A stretch of 64,000 bases of DNA, counting the filler, from Dirinaria sp. TL-2023a (taxonomy: Eukaryota): assembly GCA_051941275.1 (NCBI GenBank). It is 5 parts of 5 records of this genome, joined end to end, with 100 filler letters (N's around TTAATTAATTAA, not from the genome) between each part and the next. Parts side by side here need not be neighbours in the genome. Positions count along the whole stretch, not along the records: positions 26,252 to 39,270 come from JAVEBF010000720.1; positions 39,371 to 52,386 come from JAVEBF010000721.1; 3 more parts are not named here. The stretch is one strand, 5' to 3'. A program made the translations under genes and the position numbers. The notes beneath the pieces are model-generated. The model saw only the letters and a program-made list of their open reading frames with translations, was not told where the DNA came from and made no database searches. Position 1 is the first letter of the stretch, and the number at the start of each line of letters is the position of its first letter. This document shows positions 36,357 through 50,243 of this stretch, one piece after another.

Positions 36357-37749
36357 GATGTTGCAAGCGCTGTGAAGAGATGGGCTTGCGAAAAGATCGA
36401 AGAGAAACTAACAGTGGTCGATGAGAAGGAACAGGTAAAAGAACGAACACACACGCACACACACACACACACAGCATGAGGCACCAAGCATTAAGGCTAT
36501 GGTCCGTACGGCGCAAGAAAAGTAATTACGAGACCACCTAGCATTATTATTATGGTATGGCTCAGCTTGCGCAGATCACCCTCTCTGTACCTCACAGTCG
36601 TACAATAATGCTGCATCTTGCCAAGGTGCCTGCGACGAAGGACTCGCTGGTGACAGCTAGGCTCGAAGGTTTCGGCACGCTTGTAGGCATCCGAATCCTC
36701 CCAAGCCAGACGGATTGATTAGATCAATGCTTCGAGTAATAATTAATGATCACTGTGGTCAAACCGTCAAGACGGGCATTGTCAGACCCCGCTCCCTACT
36801 CAATCGGTAATAAGCGTACTTGTCGCTGGATGGTAGCAGCTGAGAACACGACCGCCTCATGAAACGTGGGCGGCAAAGCTTGAAATGCTTCCCTGGCTCG
36901 TCGCTCGACCAGGCGAAGGATTCAGCGACTGCGATTGGCCGCAATGACGAAACAAGAAATTGCCTCGATAATGCAAGTGATAATGATTTGAGAAGATTGA
37001 TCATCTCAGTCTGGGCAATACTAATTGCCCGGTTCATGGCATCATTATTGATCTACCTGAGGAAACACTAGACCGGTTTGAGGTTACCGCTTTCCAGCTT
37101 TGGGTGTGGGAGATAAAGTGCCCCTGGTATGATAGTATGGTTAGGTATTGCTTTTTTGTGGGCGAATTCCCCCTCATGTATATGAACATGACTATCGTAG
37201 TGGTTTCCTGCACATACGCCCTCGTGATTGTTCTTCTTAAACTCCCAGACAGCATCGCAGCCTGCTCCTCGACTGTTTGACGTCGGCCTAAAGACTAACC
37301 TTTATGTCCGAGCTACTCCAGGGCTGTGTCGCTGCACGCACTGCGGCCCAGGGCACCCCGCGGGCTTCTCCAATTGGCCCAAACGGGATATGGCCATACT
37401 CACAGGCTGACTGGGCACAATGCTTAATAATGAATTGGCATCCTACCCAAAACCCCTCGAGACTAGAGTACGGAGGCCTGATGAAGTGTTCATGCACGTC
37501 AAAACTCGGACCCTAGGCAAGGGAAAAATGCGGCTCAACCAGAAAGGGCTACACGGACTTTGTCATAAGATAGACCTGAGGCATTGAGTCATTTGCCTCC
37601 ACCCTAACTTTTCCATTACTCGAAACCTTCGACGACCAGCCGTTAGGCTTTTCTGGGTTGACATGTCGATCGGATCGTCGGCGCAACCACGTTTCGTCAG
37701 GAACGCCGTCATTCACTAGTCTTCGGCCGTTTGATCGCCATCTCTCAAA

Positions 37750-39270
37750 ATGGCTGAGATTGGGTATGTCTCCATCTGAAAACATCCAGATCTTTCACAG
37801 GACAATAATGCTAAAAGAAAATCCTTCTAGAATCATCGCCTCCGTCATCGGGGTTGCGGGCGCAGGCTTCCGCCTCTCTTTGATCCTGAATGCTGTTGGC
37901 GTCGAGCTGGCAACTGCCGATGTCGAGATTCAAAGCATCGCCAGAGGCATCTCCCTGTTCTCTTTGATGCTGAAACAGGTCGGCCTTACGATGGAAGGTG
38001 CAAAATCGATCGCATCACAAAGTGCTCTCGATACTGCGAAAGAAATCACCAGCCAAAGCCAGCTCGTGTTTGACGAAATTAAGAACATGGTTGAAATGGT
38101 ACAAAGGCGCGATGACAAGGGCAATCTTCGGACCATCACTGTGTCGCAGAGAATCAAATGGTGTTTTAAGAAACAGAGGGTGCAGTATCTGCTGGGTCAA
38201 CTAGAATCTCTCAAATTGAGTCTGTCGATCATGCTGCAAACGCTACAGCTGGGAAAGCGTATCGTGGAGACACAGTATGCTGCTTAGACCGATACTATTG
38301 ACGAACGCTGATCATTTTCTAGGGAGACCCCATCAAAGCCACTTCCGCAGGAGAGAGATATGCTGCAAGAGCGGGCTGAGATACAGAACATGGTGGTGGT
38401 CCGACATTGGGCATTGGTCGACTTGCGGAGGCTCTATGAGATGGCGGAACATGAAGATAATGGCGACGTCAAAAGTCCGATAGAAAGCCCGCCTCCAAGC
38501 TATACGAATGGCGTCGAGCATCCAGGAGGCGATCCTCGTCTTGCAATTGAACCTGATCCATTGGCATCAGATGATTCAAAAGCTCTTGTCAAGTATCAAG
38601 AAAAGCCACTGGGGGAACTTGATTCCTCTCTATCTAGAGCAATGGCTATCCCAGATCGAATCCTCCGGAATCCGGATGTCAATGTCGTCGACTATCTGCT
38701 GGAAGAGTGGACCAGGCTCCGCGAGTTGGAGAAGCAGCGACCAGTGGAGATGAGAGAGCAGAAGAAACCCAAGAAATACGGCGTTCGTTACGAGACTGAC
38801 GAATCGGACTTTTCTTCTGAAAATGAGTTCGAGCGTGTGGATGGCAAGGGCCGGTACATAACTAATGGTTCGAGCAAGCCCAATAATGTCAAGAACGTAC
38901 GGTTCCGTGCCCGTGTGGAGAGTGAGTCCGAGGACTCAGATCGAGCTAAATCTCGAAATCGACCTACATCCCGGCACGTTCTCCGTTCCGACTCATCGTC
39001 GTCATGCTCTTCACCCAGCCCACCACCTCGTCCCCGCCGCAGCAGCGAAAGTAGCACCAGTAACCAATATCGCCCGCCACCTCCAGGGTTCGCAGAGCGT
39101 ACTCCTCGTCCCTACACCCAGCCACGCGACAGTGCTTCGGAGCGTCCTGGATCACGGAATGGCCCTCCTGAGCCAGGCTCTCAATACCCTCGTCTGCCGA
39201 TGCCTAACCAGCAATGGCAGAACGCGCCGCAGTCTCCAGGTCTACGGCCTCCACCGCAGCAGGGACAGTT
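37750..39270 (+). CDS. fungal N-terminal helical (HeLo-like/STAND N-terminal-type) domain protein, 3' truncated
   Basis: MAEIG|IIASVIGVAGAGFRLSLIL...RIKWCFKKQRVQYLLGQLESLKLSLSIML is typical of this fungal N-terminal domain; a low-complexity tail follows. Introns about 37764-37830 and 38275-38321. Confidence 0.7.
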
Positions 39271-39370
39271 NNNNNNNNNNNNNNNNNNNNNNNNNNNNNN
39301 NNNNNNNNNNNNNNTTAATTAATTAANNNNNNNNNNNNNNNNNNNNNNNNNNNNNNNNNNNNNNNNNNNN
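39271..39370. other. artificial contig-joining linker
   Basis: N44-TTAATTAATTAA-N44. Confidence 0.97.
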
Positions 39371-40206
39371 GGGTTTGTTCTTGTGGGGAAGAAAGAAAGG
39401 GCGTGTGCGGTTTTCGAGGAAGGTTGGTGGTGGTGGTAGTGGTGGTGAATAGGTGTTGTTATAGAATGAATGATTAGGACCTGTGGGTTTGGGAGGGTTT
39501 TTTGCTTTTGAGTCACGTGGCTTTTCTTTTCTTTTCCTTATTTTTTGGCAGAAAAGATCGGGATTCTTTGGCTTTTGGGTGTCGGGTAGGGAGGGAGACA
39601 GTCTTTTTGTGCCCTTTTTAATAGTTTTTGAGGATGACTCAGGGCAAGTGGCGTTTGGGCACTGCCTGGGCTGCCGAGTGTGATCCATGGTTCCATTGAG
39701 AGGCGAGGTTCAACCAAATTCCCCTGGATTGGTGGCAAAGGCATAAGATAAAATGCCTCATGTTACAGACAGTAGTCTTGTGGAGAGCATTTTTGTCGAC
39801 AGCTGTGTTGTTTGTCGAAAAAAACTCCATGGGTTTTTCTTTTCAAAGCGCCGCTCATGCTTGTTATTCTCCAAAACTTTCCATGTCTTATTTCCTGATA
39901 TGCCTTCTTCCTAAAGTCGTCTGTGAGACTGACCCAAGTGTATACAAACAAACAAATAGGTAATGAGAAAATGAAATAAATCCTCACCTCTCTCCATAAA
40001 TCCCAAATCCTCCACAAAAGCCTCCCCCTTGATATTTGAACCAACCCAAACCACGTCCCACCCCTATCTCTGTTGCCCAGCTCCAATCAGCAAAACCGCT
40101 ACAAAATTTCCTCCAATATCCATTACCACCACCACCACCACCACCACCCCAGCCAAAATCTCCATCCCTAACACCCAAAACCCGGCCACTAGAATCCTCG
40201 ATTACC

Positions 40207-40581
40207 ATGGATTCTTTTAATCAGCAGTTGGACGCGCAGTTGGACGCGCAGTTGGACGCGCAGGCGAAGAACGTTGATGCCCACTTGGAGAAAGTTGGGT
40301 TGAGTCTCACAGTAATGGAGGTTCTGGACTGGTATTCGGAAAACGTGGCGCAAATCATGGGCCACAGACTCGAAGGACTAGGCACCACCATGGAAGGAAT
40401 GGATTGGCGTTTTTATTCGCAGCAAGAAAAAGCCGCCTGGCAGGAGCGCATCCGAGAGTTGGAGCAACAGGCCGAGGAACTGGAAGAGAAGAAGGAGCAG
40501 GCAGACGATAAGTTCAAGCAGCTCGTGGCAAAGCTGAGCGAAGCCAGAGAGACCTTGGAACGGGCCAATGCCAGCTCGTGA
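40207..40581 (+). CDS. small coiled-coil hypothetical protein
   Basis: ATG in good context (ACCATGG); 124 aa; QLDA x3; E/K/Q-rich heptad C-terminus. Confidence 0.55.
   Translation: MDSFNQQLDAQLDAQLDAQAKNVDAHLEKVGLSLTVMEVLDWYSENVAQIMGHRLEGLGTTMEGMDWRFYSQQEKAAWQERIRELEQQAEELEEKKEQADDKFKQLVAKLSEARETLERANASS
40225..40263 (+). repeat. 12-bp tandem repeat (CAGTTGGACGCG)x3
   Basis: Three exact copies, encoding QLDA. Confidence 0.9.
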
Positions 40582-41850
40582 TGTGCTAGCTGGCCGAAGA
40601 CTCTGGATTGTTGAAGCGGGGAGAAGGAAAGGCAGGCGGTTAGGTAGTGTGGTTGCAATTTTGAAAGTCTAGATCGGATTTCGGGGGCCCGCGAGTTCGA
40701 ATCACTGGGATCGTTTCTGCTCTTGTTCTGCTCATGCTTGATGTCTCTTCTCCCTCAAAGCTCATCAGATTGCCGCTGCTTCGGAACACCAGCGTAAAGT
40801 ATAATGGCCATGCTACTCACTTATCGAACAGGTTCTCTGATCCACTCGAACAGACGTGGGATATTTGCAACATCGTAAAATGTTGCTTTCTCTACACCAG
40901 TATTTAGATATCTCCCCCGTTTTTCTGTCTCCCTGTGCAAAACTGGGCTGCAGTCATTGCGAGCTTCTGTGCGAAAGCGATGTTCTTCAATATCTTCATC
41001 ATTTGCCTGACATTTGATCTTGGCGATTCGGTGCAGCAGGCGTATGTAATACCTGAGAACACGTGAAATCTTCTGAACAGCTAACGCCAGAACATGCTCA
41101 GATGCAGCAAATCTCTAACATAGATGCCTTCAATACTTGTCAGCAAAAAGCTAATATGCCCGGAATTCTTCGAACTTTGAAGGCTTATTAGAACAGAAAA
41201 TGATATGATACGGCAGGAAGAAGAGTGCTTTGGTTCTCGAACTTGAACCTCATGCATTCCTGGTCTTTATTTTTGTCATTTCTCACGCCCATGATCAATC
41301 AACAATCATCATCCGGGTTCTCATTGTTACACGCCCCAGATAACGCGAACTTATAGCTCTAAGGACAATCTCGGTTGGGAAGACGTATCGTGTTGGGAGA
41401 CTTCCCAATGATCTCCCCTTAATGGATTGATGCAGCGCTCAACCAGGTTCCGACAAAAGTGGGAATCGCGAATCAAAATGCTACAAGTGAGATGACGCAT
41501 CAGCGGTTTGGAATTCTGACCGACTCTTAAAGCTACTGCGCGTGATCGGAAACTCTGACTAGAGATCTGTGACTAAAAGCTTGCCAGGCTGTGGAGCCAC
41601 ATATGCAAGCACAGAGATGAGAAACCAGGCCGGAGCGAGCAAGAATGACTTTCATGGTCAAGCTCGCTTAAAATCTGATTTTGTATGTTGTATTTCCGAG
41701 TCCTGGGCGACACCTTTTTGCTGGAATTCATGCATTAGACGCTCCAAAGGCCTTACCAGATTCCTTCGCTGCCCATTACCATGCTTCAAGAACACCTTAT
41801 TGCCGTATTTACATGCCAGTAATCTCTTATCTTGAACATTGCGTCCTCGT

Positions 41851-42532
41851 CTATTCCTCTCCCAGACTTGCTCTGACATTCGCCCTACACCTCTTCTTGA
41901 ACTCTCTTGTGTCCTCCCGCCACAATCTCGCTGCTTCAACATTGGCCGGGCTCTCGTCATTGGGACTACTTAGCATACTGATGACACTGAGTAGGATTGT
42001 CTCCGGGGTCTGGACGGGCGACCAACGTTCCGCTGCCGATTCGTAGCCGTATTTGTCTTCTTCAGGAGGATGTAGTACTTCGGTCACGTTAGTGAGGTGC
42101 ATGACTGAGAAGTGGAGTGGGCGCAAAGGTACTTGAGATGCAGACTTCGCCAGAAGGATAGACTAGTCGTTGATCAGCATACTGCGGCAGGCACTTGGAC
42201 GTAGCTGTAAACATACTATTGGGGTGGAAGATTTCGCTCTTGAACACCATTTTGGGAGGTAATAGCGGATACTCTGGTGGAAACGTAAGATGTGCCCGAA
42301 AGAAACCGCCTACCAAAACGATTGTCAGTTGCGGTTCTTGGCTCGGAAACATCCCCAGCCCCTCGAGCACATTACCTCCGTAGAACCTGCAGTCATCAGA
42401 GATCATAAGCATGACCTCCCATTCCATGACATTATTATCAACGAGGCCGCAGCTTATGCCTGGAATGTCTTTGTCGGTTTGCATCTGCTTGAGCTGGCGA
42501 CCAAGAAGGCCAGCTGCTGCTGATGTCGCCAT
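41851..42532 (-). CDS. ubiquitin-conjugating enzyme E2, UBE2G1/Ubc15-type, 4 exons
   Basis: GFFRAHLTFPPEYPLLPPKM, FHPN|VYPSGEVCIS|..LHPPEEDKYGYESAAERWSPVQTPETILLSVISML (active-site Cys and acidic loop). Confidence 0.93.
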
Positions 42533-43122
42533 ATTCGCTGATGTCCGTTGCGGAATGGCTCTTTCGGAGGAAGCGAGTTCGACCGGGTTAGGTGGGCTGG
42601 ACGTGGATGGAGAGAAGAGAAGTAGTGACAGGAATGAACTTAGTATTCCCACGAATCGCGGTGAAGAAGAAACTCATGCATCAGAACACAAAAATGATGC
42701 AAGTCCTATGAGCAGAAAAGAATGAAATGTGTTGGATATAGAACCACTAATACATGGCAAGGTACATGTACTGAACACCATCGACGGTAATCACTCACAC
42801 CTGCCGAGAGTCCCCGTCAGCACTGTAGAAATACCTTGAAGTTTGTGAAATCCGAGGTATCCCCTCGATCTTATCCAGAGGACGCTAAGGTCCTCGCTTG
42901 GGCGGGAGTAACCCTAATTTGGTATGCTTTAGGTAAACCTAAAAAACCTTGCCTGGCTCCTGCGCTATAAAGTGTCGGGCTCTCAAATTGACGGAAGAAT
43001 CATGACTCCACTGTATGCATAGGCTCAGAAATGTCTCAATTGTATGAGTAACTCATTATTCAGCAAATACTCTTGCTACATTCCCGAAAATATGTTGAGA
43101 ATTCGGACATGATTGGCTCATG

Positions 43123-44105
43123 CTAGAACCTGGGATCAATAACGAACAATGCTATCAAGAAGGCCCACACTCCAGTCCCGAATGCTCTAGATGGCTCGAT
43201 TCGAATAGCGGCATCACCGTTATGGGAAGTGGCGCTTGCAATATGTGAGGTGACCGTATCGGTCTTTGGGGCCTCTGTCATTCCCGCCAAGGTCGTTGCG
43301 GGCTCGGTTGTCGCTGGTTTCAACGTCTTTCCACTAACTACACTCGCGGCTAACACATGTGCGGCCACCGTGGTTGGCGGTATCGTGGTACCTGGGACAA
43401 CCGTTGTGTATGTAGTCCACTCTCCAAGCTCGCTGATCGGGATGGCACTACCGACACCTTTGGCAGTGTATTGCGTAGGCATCGTGAGTGTGGCGGTGTC
43501 GGGTGTTGCTGTCGAACTCTGAGAGCCATAAATGTTGCCCTTCATCCCGTCGGCTAAGGTGTATTGCCCAGTTAGGAGGTTTGCTATGCCATTTTCTGAG
43601 GTGTAATTGCCGGAGACGACTTGTCCGTAAGCGCCACCAGGCAGGACATAATTTGTAGTGAATTTGTCCTGGTCAAGTTCAGACATGAACCTGCTACAGG
43701 TGATTGGAGACACTTACATAGCAGAACGGCAGGGCGTAACCTTCGAGCAGGAGACACTGAGTACCATCGGCACCTGGACGGATAATTAGCTTCAAGCCTC
43801 AAAAGCTGCAAACTTTTGTGCGGCCTACAGCAGATCGAGCTAGCGGTGGTCCTGGCATCTTTTGCTATGGAAACTGACTGTGTCTCTCTCTTGGTGTTCT
43901 GAACCTTGTTGATAGAATTCAGAAGGTCAACAAACAGTGTCGATAAGGAGCTACCAATACCAGGTGCATTGACGGCTGATGCACCTTTAGGCTCACATTC
44001 CGTGAAGTCTTTGCTGCAGTGGTCTCGTGCTTCAATTTGAGATTTTGCATGAGTGATGAGGCAAACGCCAATTGCAACAAAGACAAAGCCCTGCCCGAAG
44101 AACAT
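43123..44105 (-). CDS. secreted, probably GPI-anchored Thr-rich cell-surface protein
   Basis: Signal peptide, Cys-containing N domain, Thr-rich region, hydrophobic C-terminus GTGVWAFLIALFVI; two short introns near 43820 and 43715. Confidence 0.75.
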
Positions 44106-46513
44106 CTTCTTAAAGGCACGATTTCTAACGACTAAATCAATGAGTACGGGGTTGGAGAAGAAATTAAGATGCAGTAGGTACGCGTAGTCTTAAGGTAGGC
44201 GCGGCAAGGAGACCTGGTCGTGTTGATGGTACGGGCTGCAGGTCTAGAAGGTAGTAAAGCACTGATGACTTCAGCTCCTAGCCTCTTTCATTTTTTAAGG
44301 AGGTACTTAGGAAGAGGCTAAGGTACGGTAGTTAGGTATTCATTAGCAAAAATGGCCAGGCAAAAGTCACCATAGGATCAAGGCTTTCGCCGACACATTG
44401 CGCGCATGCATTTTGTGGTTAATATTCCAAAATAAAGCATATGTCATTGATATGGCTCCCGAAGTTTTCGTAAAAAATCGTTCAAATATAATACTGGGTC
44501 CGGCGATAGCGGAAGGGGAGAACAATGCATCACAAGGTGCGAACATTGGTCCCGGGCAGATGCAAGGGGCTTCGCTTCCATTATACCAACTTCCCCTTCA
44601 TTAGAGATGCGAGATGGCTGCCCGAGTACTTAGATACTGTTTAAGCATAACGACAAAGAAAGATTGAGTGAAGAGCGTGATTTGACAGCTTCAGATGTAC
44701 TTTTACCGATCTAAGTCGGTTGTAGTGCGTCAACTACTGGTCATCAGATAATCACGATGAGGCACTAACGTATCGCTAAGGTATGCGTAACCTCATGATT
44801 TGTATATTGAGAGACGAATTTAAGAGAATCATCCTAAGCATACGATGAAAGAAGAGCTTGATATTGAAATCTTCCGGTCAAAGCCGTTTCGAGCACACAG
44901 GTATCATACCTGACTAATAAAAACTTCTCTCATTTCAGAGTAGGTATGATCGGGACTCTTCTGTACAGTGAAAGCGGCAGAACATTGCCCATACACTATA
45001 ATTTTATGAAGTGCGAGTAGTGGAGCTGCTTTCTGTTCGCGTTCGAGCTTGTGGAATGATATTTTATTCTGCTTCACATCAAGTTCTCAATCTGGGTATC
45101 TATAGCACTTTGATGACGAAATTTATTCAACATGACCTGAGCGAGAAAATGCTTCTGGCCGAAGATTTTTTATGCTTGACCGGATAAAACAATTTCCGCA
45201 CGGGGGCCACGTGATCTAATGAACCACTTTCGCTGTTCAAAAAAGATGTTCAGACGAAAACCGATTTGGCCTTGAGCGCACGCGACGCCATTCAAAAAGG
45301 AGCATCAGGCCAACCTACATCTAGTACATAAGGTAAGATTACTTTGTCAGATGTCACCCTACAGGTCGCGGAACAATTTGAGCATATGAATTACATATGG
45401 AACGATTTGGAGCGGGATTACGCACGAATGGGCATCGCGCAGAAGCGAACTCATTATCAAGTAGAGATCTACAGAGAGGGGGATAAGAACTTCATTATTG
45501 CCGTATTCTATTGGCTACCGAACGGCATTGATGCTACTATTTCGACGATCTGAGTGGCCAGACGACATACGACCTTGCGACTTCCCGCTCGGGTCGCCCG
45601 ATCGGGATGCATCCCCGACTTAAGGTAAGATACCTCCAGGCTTGAAACAACGTGTAATATGGAAGGTAGCATTGGTTCTATCACGAGCACTCTCTTGATA
45701 GCAGCTTTATCTGCTTCTTTTGACTAGAATACGGAGCAGCCTCGCGAGGCTCGTCCGTTAGGAGGAACTTCCGAGTGTTTTCCTCCCCGCTTGAATCCTC
45801 TCATTAGCCCTCCAATTTTCATTGGTTCAAGTTAGATAAGATATCAGTCTCCACGGATTGAGGAATCCCAACGCCTAAATGTATTTGTATTTGTGTAATG
45901 GCTACGCTATCTGGAATTTGACTGTCCAATATGCCCTGGCTTGGTCAAAGCGTGCTCATCACCAGGCTGTCGGACCGGCTTTTGATATCTGCTTTGGGCC
46001 AAATGGATTCCATTTCCCAGTACCCAACAGCATGGTACTGTACTTGTATCATCAACCAGGCGCTTTCACGAGTTGGAGAGAGGGTTGCAGACTGCCGAAA
46101 CCTACCTTACCTCAAAAAGAACCCGGCCCCACTTTGTCATCAATTCTCCTCTCAGGACAGAACGGCGATCACGGCTTGATGCTCTTAATTTCCTGCAGCC
46201 ACACGTTTTTGACCCGAAGCCACGGCAAGCACTAACGTCCTAAAGGACCTCTGTACAGGCCCCAAGCCTGCATTATTGTTGACGGACGAGACCTGCTCCC
46301 TCTCACTCCCACTCGCTTTGCCCAGCCTCGGGCTCTTTTTACACATTAATTGCGAGTAAAGTGTTGCTTGCTCTTCACTTGAGTTGACAGTGATGCGTCA
46401 TTTACTGCATTCCGCTCGCTAGCTATATCGTGATCTCGATAAATTCCTAGTAGTTGCATTTCCTCAATGGGATTCTAAGGTACTGATCGCAAATCAACCT
46501 GTGGCCATTGGCA

Positions 46514-49485
46514 ATGAGCCTCCACATGAACCAAGCTTCTACCAACTCGCCGCCGCAACAAGACACCCGCAAAACCACAGACTATAACGTCGATTTCAAC
46601 TCCAGCTTTGTAATCGAACCGCTGCCCGCTCTGACTCCGGGCTCCGCTGTTCAGAACCAGCCAGCATACCATCGAGCTGTTTCACTCAGCGAGCAAGACA
46701 CTGCATATTATGGCCCAGAGCATTTATTTGATCGCAGCGAAGATATACACAGCCATGGACTCGGTATCAACGCATCGCCTGGCGACCGGAGCAGTCCTGC
46801 TACACCCGCTTCAACCAATCCTCTCCTTTCCCCACCACCAGCGCATTCACAAAGCCCATACGTGCCTCTAGAAAATGGTCCGAAGTCGGAGGGCGATAAA
46901 GCTTGGGATGAAACCAACTCCCTGACGGAGTCATACCAACCTTTCGTGGCCGATTTGGAAACGGACAGCCTGCGGAAAAATACTGCAGCTCCGACAATAC
47001 AGTCTTTTGAGCCGCCCGGTACGCTTGAGTATCTAATAGTCTTCGTGCTTCCTCATGCGATTGCCTCAACACAATTTTTCGGTTCTTTTGCCATGAGATT
47101 GATTCGTCATTTTTGTCTATTTTTGTCTATTTTTGTCTAGCCTGTTATTCTCCTTTGCAGTCCTTGTCATATTTGAGGCGTTTTATACTGATTCTCGCTA
47201 CTCTTGCAGAATCCGAATGTCGATCTAAACGAAGATTGCATTATGGCAAAGCAAATTGGCTTGCGATCTCGGTCATGGTACTATCACTTTACTCCACTCT
47301 GCTCTCTGGCCTCTGGTTAGGGGTTGCGCTTGCTAAGCCCCGATTCGGTCATCGAATCAGCGTTCATTCAAGTATGCCGCCTGCGACTGCATCGCTGATA
47401 GCTGCTATTTTCGCCAAAACTATTGAATTGTCGTTTGTGACTGTCTTTGTTACATTTCTGGGGCAGGTTCTCAGTCGAAGGGCTCTAGTCAAAACTTCAA
47501 GAGGCATCACGATCTCTGAGATGTCAATGAGGCAATGGTTCGTGCCAGCAGAGTCAAATACGCTATGCATCTGAAGACAAACTGACGTACCTAAAGGATA
47601 ATGCAACCTGGCACAATGATCACCCATTGGCAGACACTTCGGTATGCAGCTCCGACCTTTCTAGGGTTTGTATCGTTGCTTGGCGCTCTCACTGCGATGT
47701 TCTACACCACAGCATCGGATGCTCTAGTCGCTCCACAATTGAAAATGGGGCCTTTGGAGCACCGGCTATTGTATGGCAAAGTCGCAACCAGCTTTGCGAA
47801 TGAACAATACATTCAGCAACATTGTCAAACACCGATAACAAACGCAACCGATCCCAAATATCGCAACTCGACATGTATAGCCATTGAGCACTCTGGCCAA
47901 GCGTACACCAACCAATCTCCTGCGCTCAAGGTTCTTGCTGACTAAATGGCAGGTACCATAATTACATGCAGTACCTTTCCAATTGGACCAACAGCATCGC
48001 GATGGGTCCCGTAAGTGGCGAACTGTCCCAAAGGCCCGCTCCTTTGGCGATGCTGTACGACAATACGACTGTGCAGGGGAGCTGGATTCACATGCAAAAC
48101 ATGAATGAGATATCTCAAAACTTTAGTACAACCAAATATAACCGAACTGTGATTAATGTTACTATGGCTATGCCGCATGCCGGAGTCTTTGCTGCAACTC
48201 GCGACCCAGTCAACAGTATCTTGCAGCCTCAGGATCTAAACGTAGGCTTCTTACTCCCAAAGTTTAGCCTCTACTGCTGACGACACTGTAGGGACTGGGC
48301 GAGTACGACGTGCATGCGTCTGTTCCATCTCCAAGCACCAACGTTCTATGTGCTAGTATGCAGAGAGAAGAGCTCAAGCCGATGGTCTTTTCGGAATGGC
48401 CTGCTGGGAAAGGCCCAGCTACCAATCTTACCGGATGGCCGACTAGCCAGGCTATTCCTAAGTGGCCGAACTGGCTCAACCGGACTACGGTCGACGACCT
48501 CTTCGAATTTGGCGAAAAGTACGGGCGAAGGCCTCCAGTATTTTCTAAGCTTCCGTTGCCCTACAACACCGTTTCCAATGACACAGGTATGTATATCGAT
48601 ACAATCTACATCTTGGCTACTTCAGCCACCGGCGACTACACCATGTGCTCAATGAGAGCATCTGTAACTGCTGGATGTTCCACCCAATACCATGCGAGCC
48701 TTAGCGGGGGGTCCCTGAACACGCGTTGCGAAGACCCACAGGACAGTTTGGCCTACGGCAGGTTACACGCTAATGTTACCGATGGCATTATCGCAACGGA
48801 CTGGGCCGATGTTGCGACTGAATGGGCTCTAGCTTTAAGCTTGAATGCAGGCATCAACGATGCGATGGCCAGCAATGCTCGTCTACTATCTCAACTGATC
48901 CCTACACAACAAGCGTTGGACACCTCACTTCCCTCCATTGCCGAGGCACTCGCGGTACTTTCAGGATGTACGCTGCTGTTGAGCTCTATTGATTCGCCGT
49001 TCATCCAATACTGGAATTATTCGACCACGGAGGCCGCGCTTGCCGAACCTCAGTATCAGTCTTTCCCGGCCACGCTTCGGAAACGGGAGTATGCTTCCGG
49101 AGGGACGCAACGCTGGCAAGGCATTTTCTACATCATCCTCTTCCTCACGTTCGCCACCAACGTTTTCTGTCTGATATATTTTATTGTGCGCCATGGCCTT
49201 GTGGCGGACTTCATCGAGCCACAGAATTTATTTGCGCTGTCGCTCAATTCGCCGCCGAGTGACGCGTTGGATGGCGCTTGCGGCGGCGGGCCAGAGGGAG
49301 AGCAGTTCGCTGTGAATTGGCACATCAAAATGGACCCCGAACGTGAGCATTTTTATATCCAGAACACTCAAGGCGTCCCGAACATAGGTCGCCGGCGAAG
49401 GCGGCCCCTGGAAGTCGAGATGGAAACGAGTCCAGTCACGAAGACTTACAACAAGCTATCGAGTAAGCATTCTAGTATCCTGTGA
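46514..49485 (+). CDS. fungal multi-pass membrane glycoprotein of unknown function (multi-exon)
   Basis: Chain of ORFs joined by GT-AG introns. TM segments (FAKTIELSFVTVFVTFLGQVLSRRA; FYIILFLTFATNVFCLIYF), many N-glycosylation sequons, DFIEPQNLFALSLNSPPS. Confidence 0.8.
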
Positions 49486-50243
49486 TGGAGAGTATGAGAA
49501 TTATGACCCTGTTCATGTCTTGGACTTGTTGGACATGTGATCCATGACTATCTGGTAATAGAGCGTGTCCTTATCTAGTCTCTTGTGTCAGCTGTAGATT
49601 AATATAGTAGTCACTTTGCTAGCGAATTCTTTCCTCGTCTAGCTCACTCCAAATGCTCTAGAGATTTCAATTTCACTGGACTGTATAAGGCTTATAGCCT
49701 AGGTCTGCCACGCTTGGTTTTCTTAGCACGCGCAAATGCGTGGCAAGCATCTCCAAGTCTGGGTGATGAGGGGAACACGCCCTGTTCATGATAGTTTCGA
49801 TGCTGGTTTATAGGGTCTTAATACTGCGCCTAGAAGATCACGCTATCGAGCCAGTCTCGAAACTTTGCATAAATGCCTCGTGCAGCAAATTGCATCAGCT
49901 CATACTTGAAGCCGAATCTGCTGTTGGTATTGTAGTTGCGTCATGGAGATATCTTGAGATGTCTTGGCGACGCGTCGAAACGCGCTTTGCCAAGAGAATC
50001 ATGTGAAAATGACATCATGGTGATGCTGCACAGGTCGAAACTTCCATTGATGGAAAACTGCACTTGAGCATTTGCTGGAAGTTATCGAGCGGATTCTAGA
50101 AGTTGTCATTCTCTAAATATTTTTCTACCAACCTCAAAGCACTCTTAATTTGCAATCGTGCGCCAGGCACGTATAACTGGGTCAAACTCTTCACTCCCCG
50201 AATAGCAGTCAGACACTGAAGATCTCCAGCAATCCACACCCTA

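Noticed and set aside
40680..41560. Possible gene relic and small inverted repeat (TTGGGAAG...CTTCCCAA near 41375-41408)
   Set aside because: Too short or degenerate to distinguish from chance; no TE termini or target duplication seen.
44400..46450. Long intergenic region checked for ncRNA or transposon
   Set aside because: Only short ORFs and tiny hairpins; no tRNA, snRNA or TE signature recognised.
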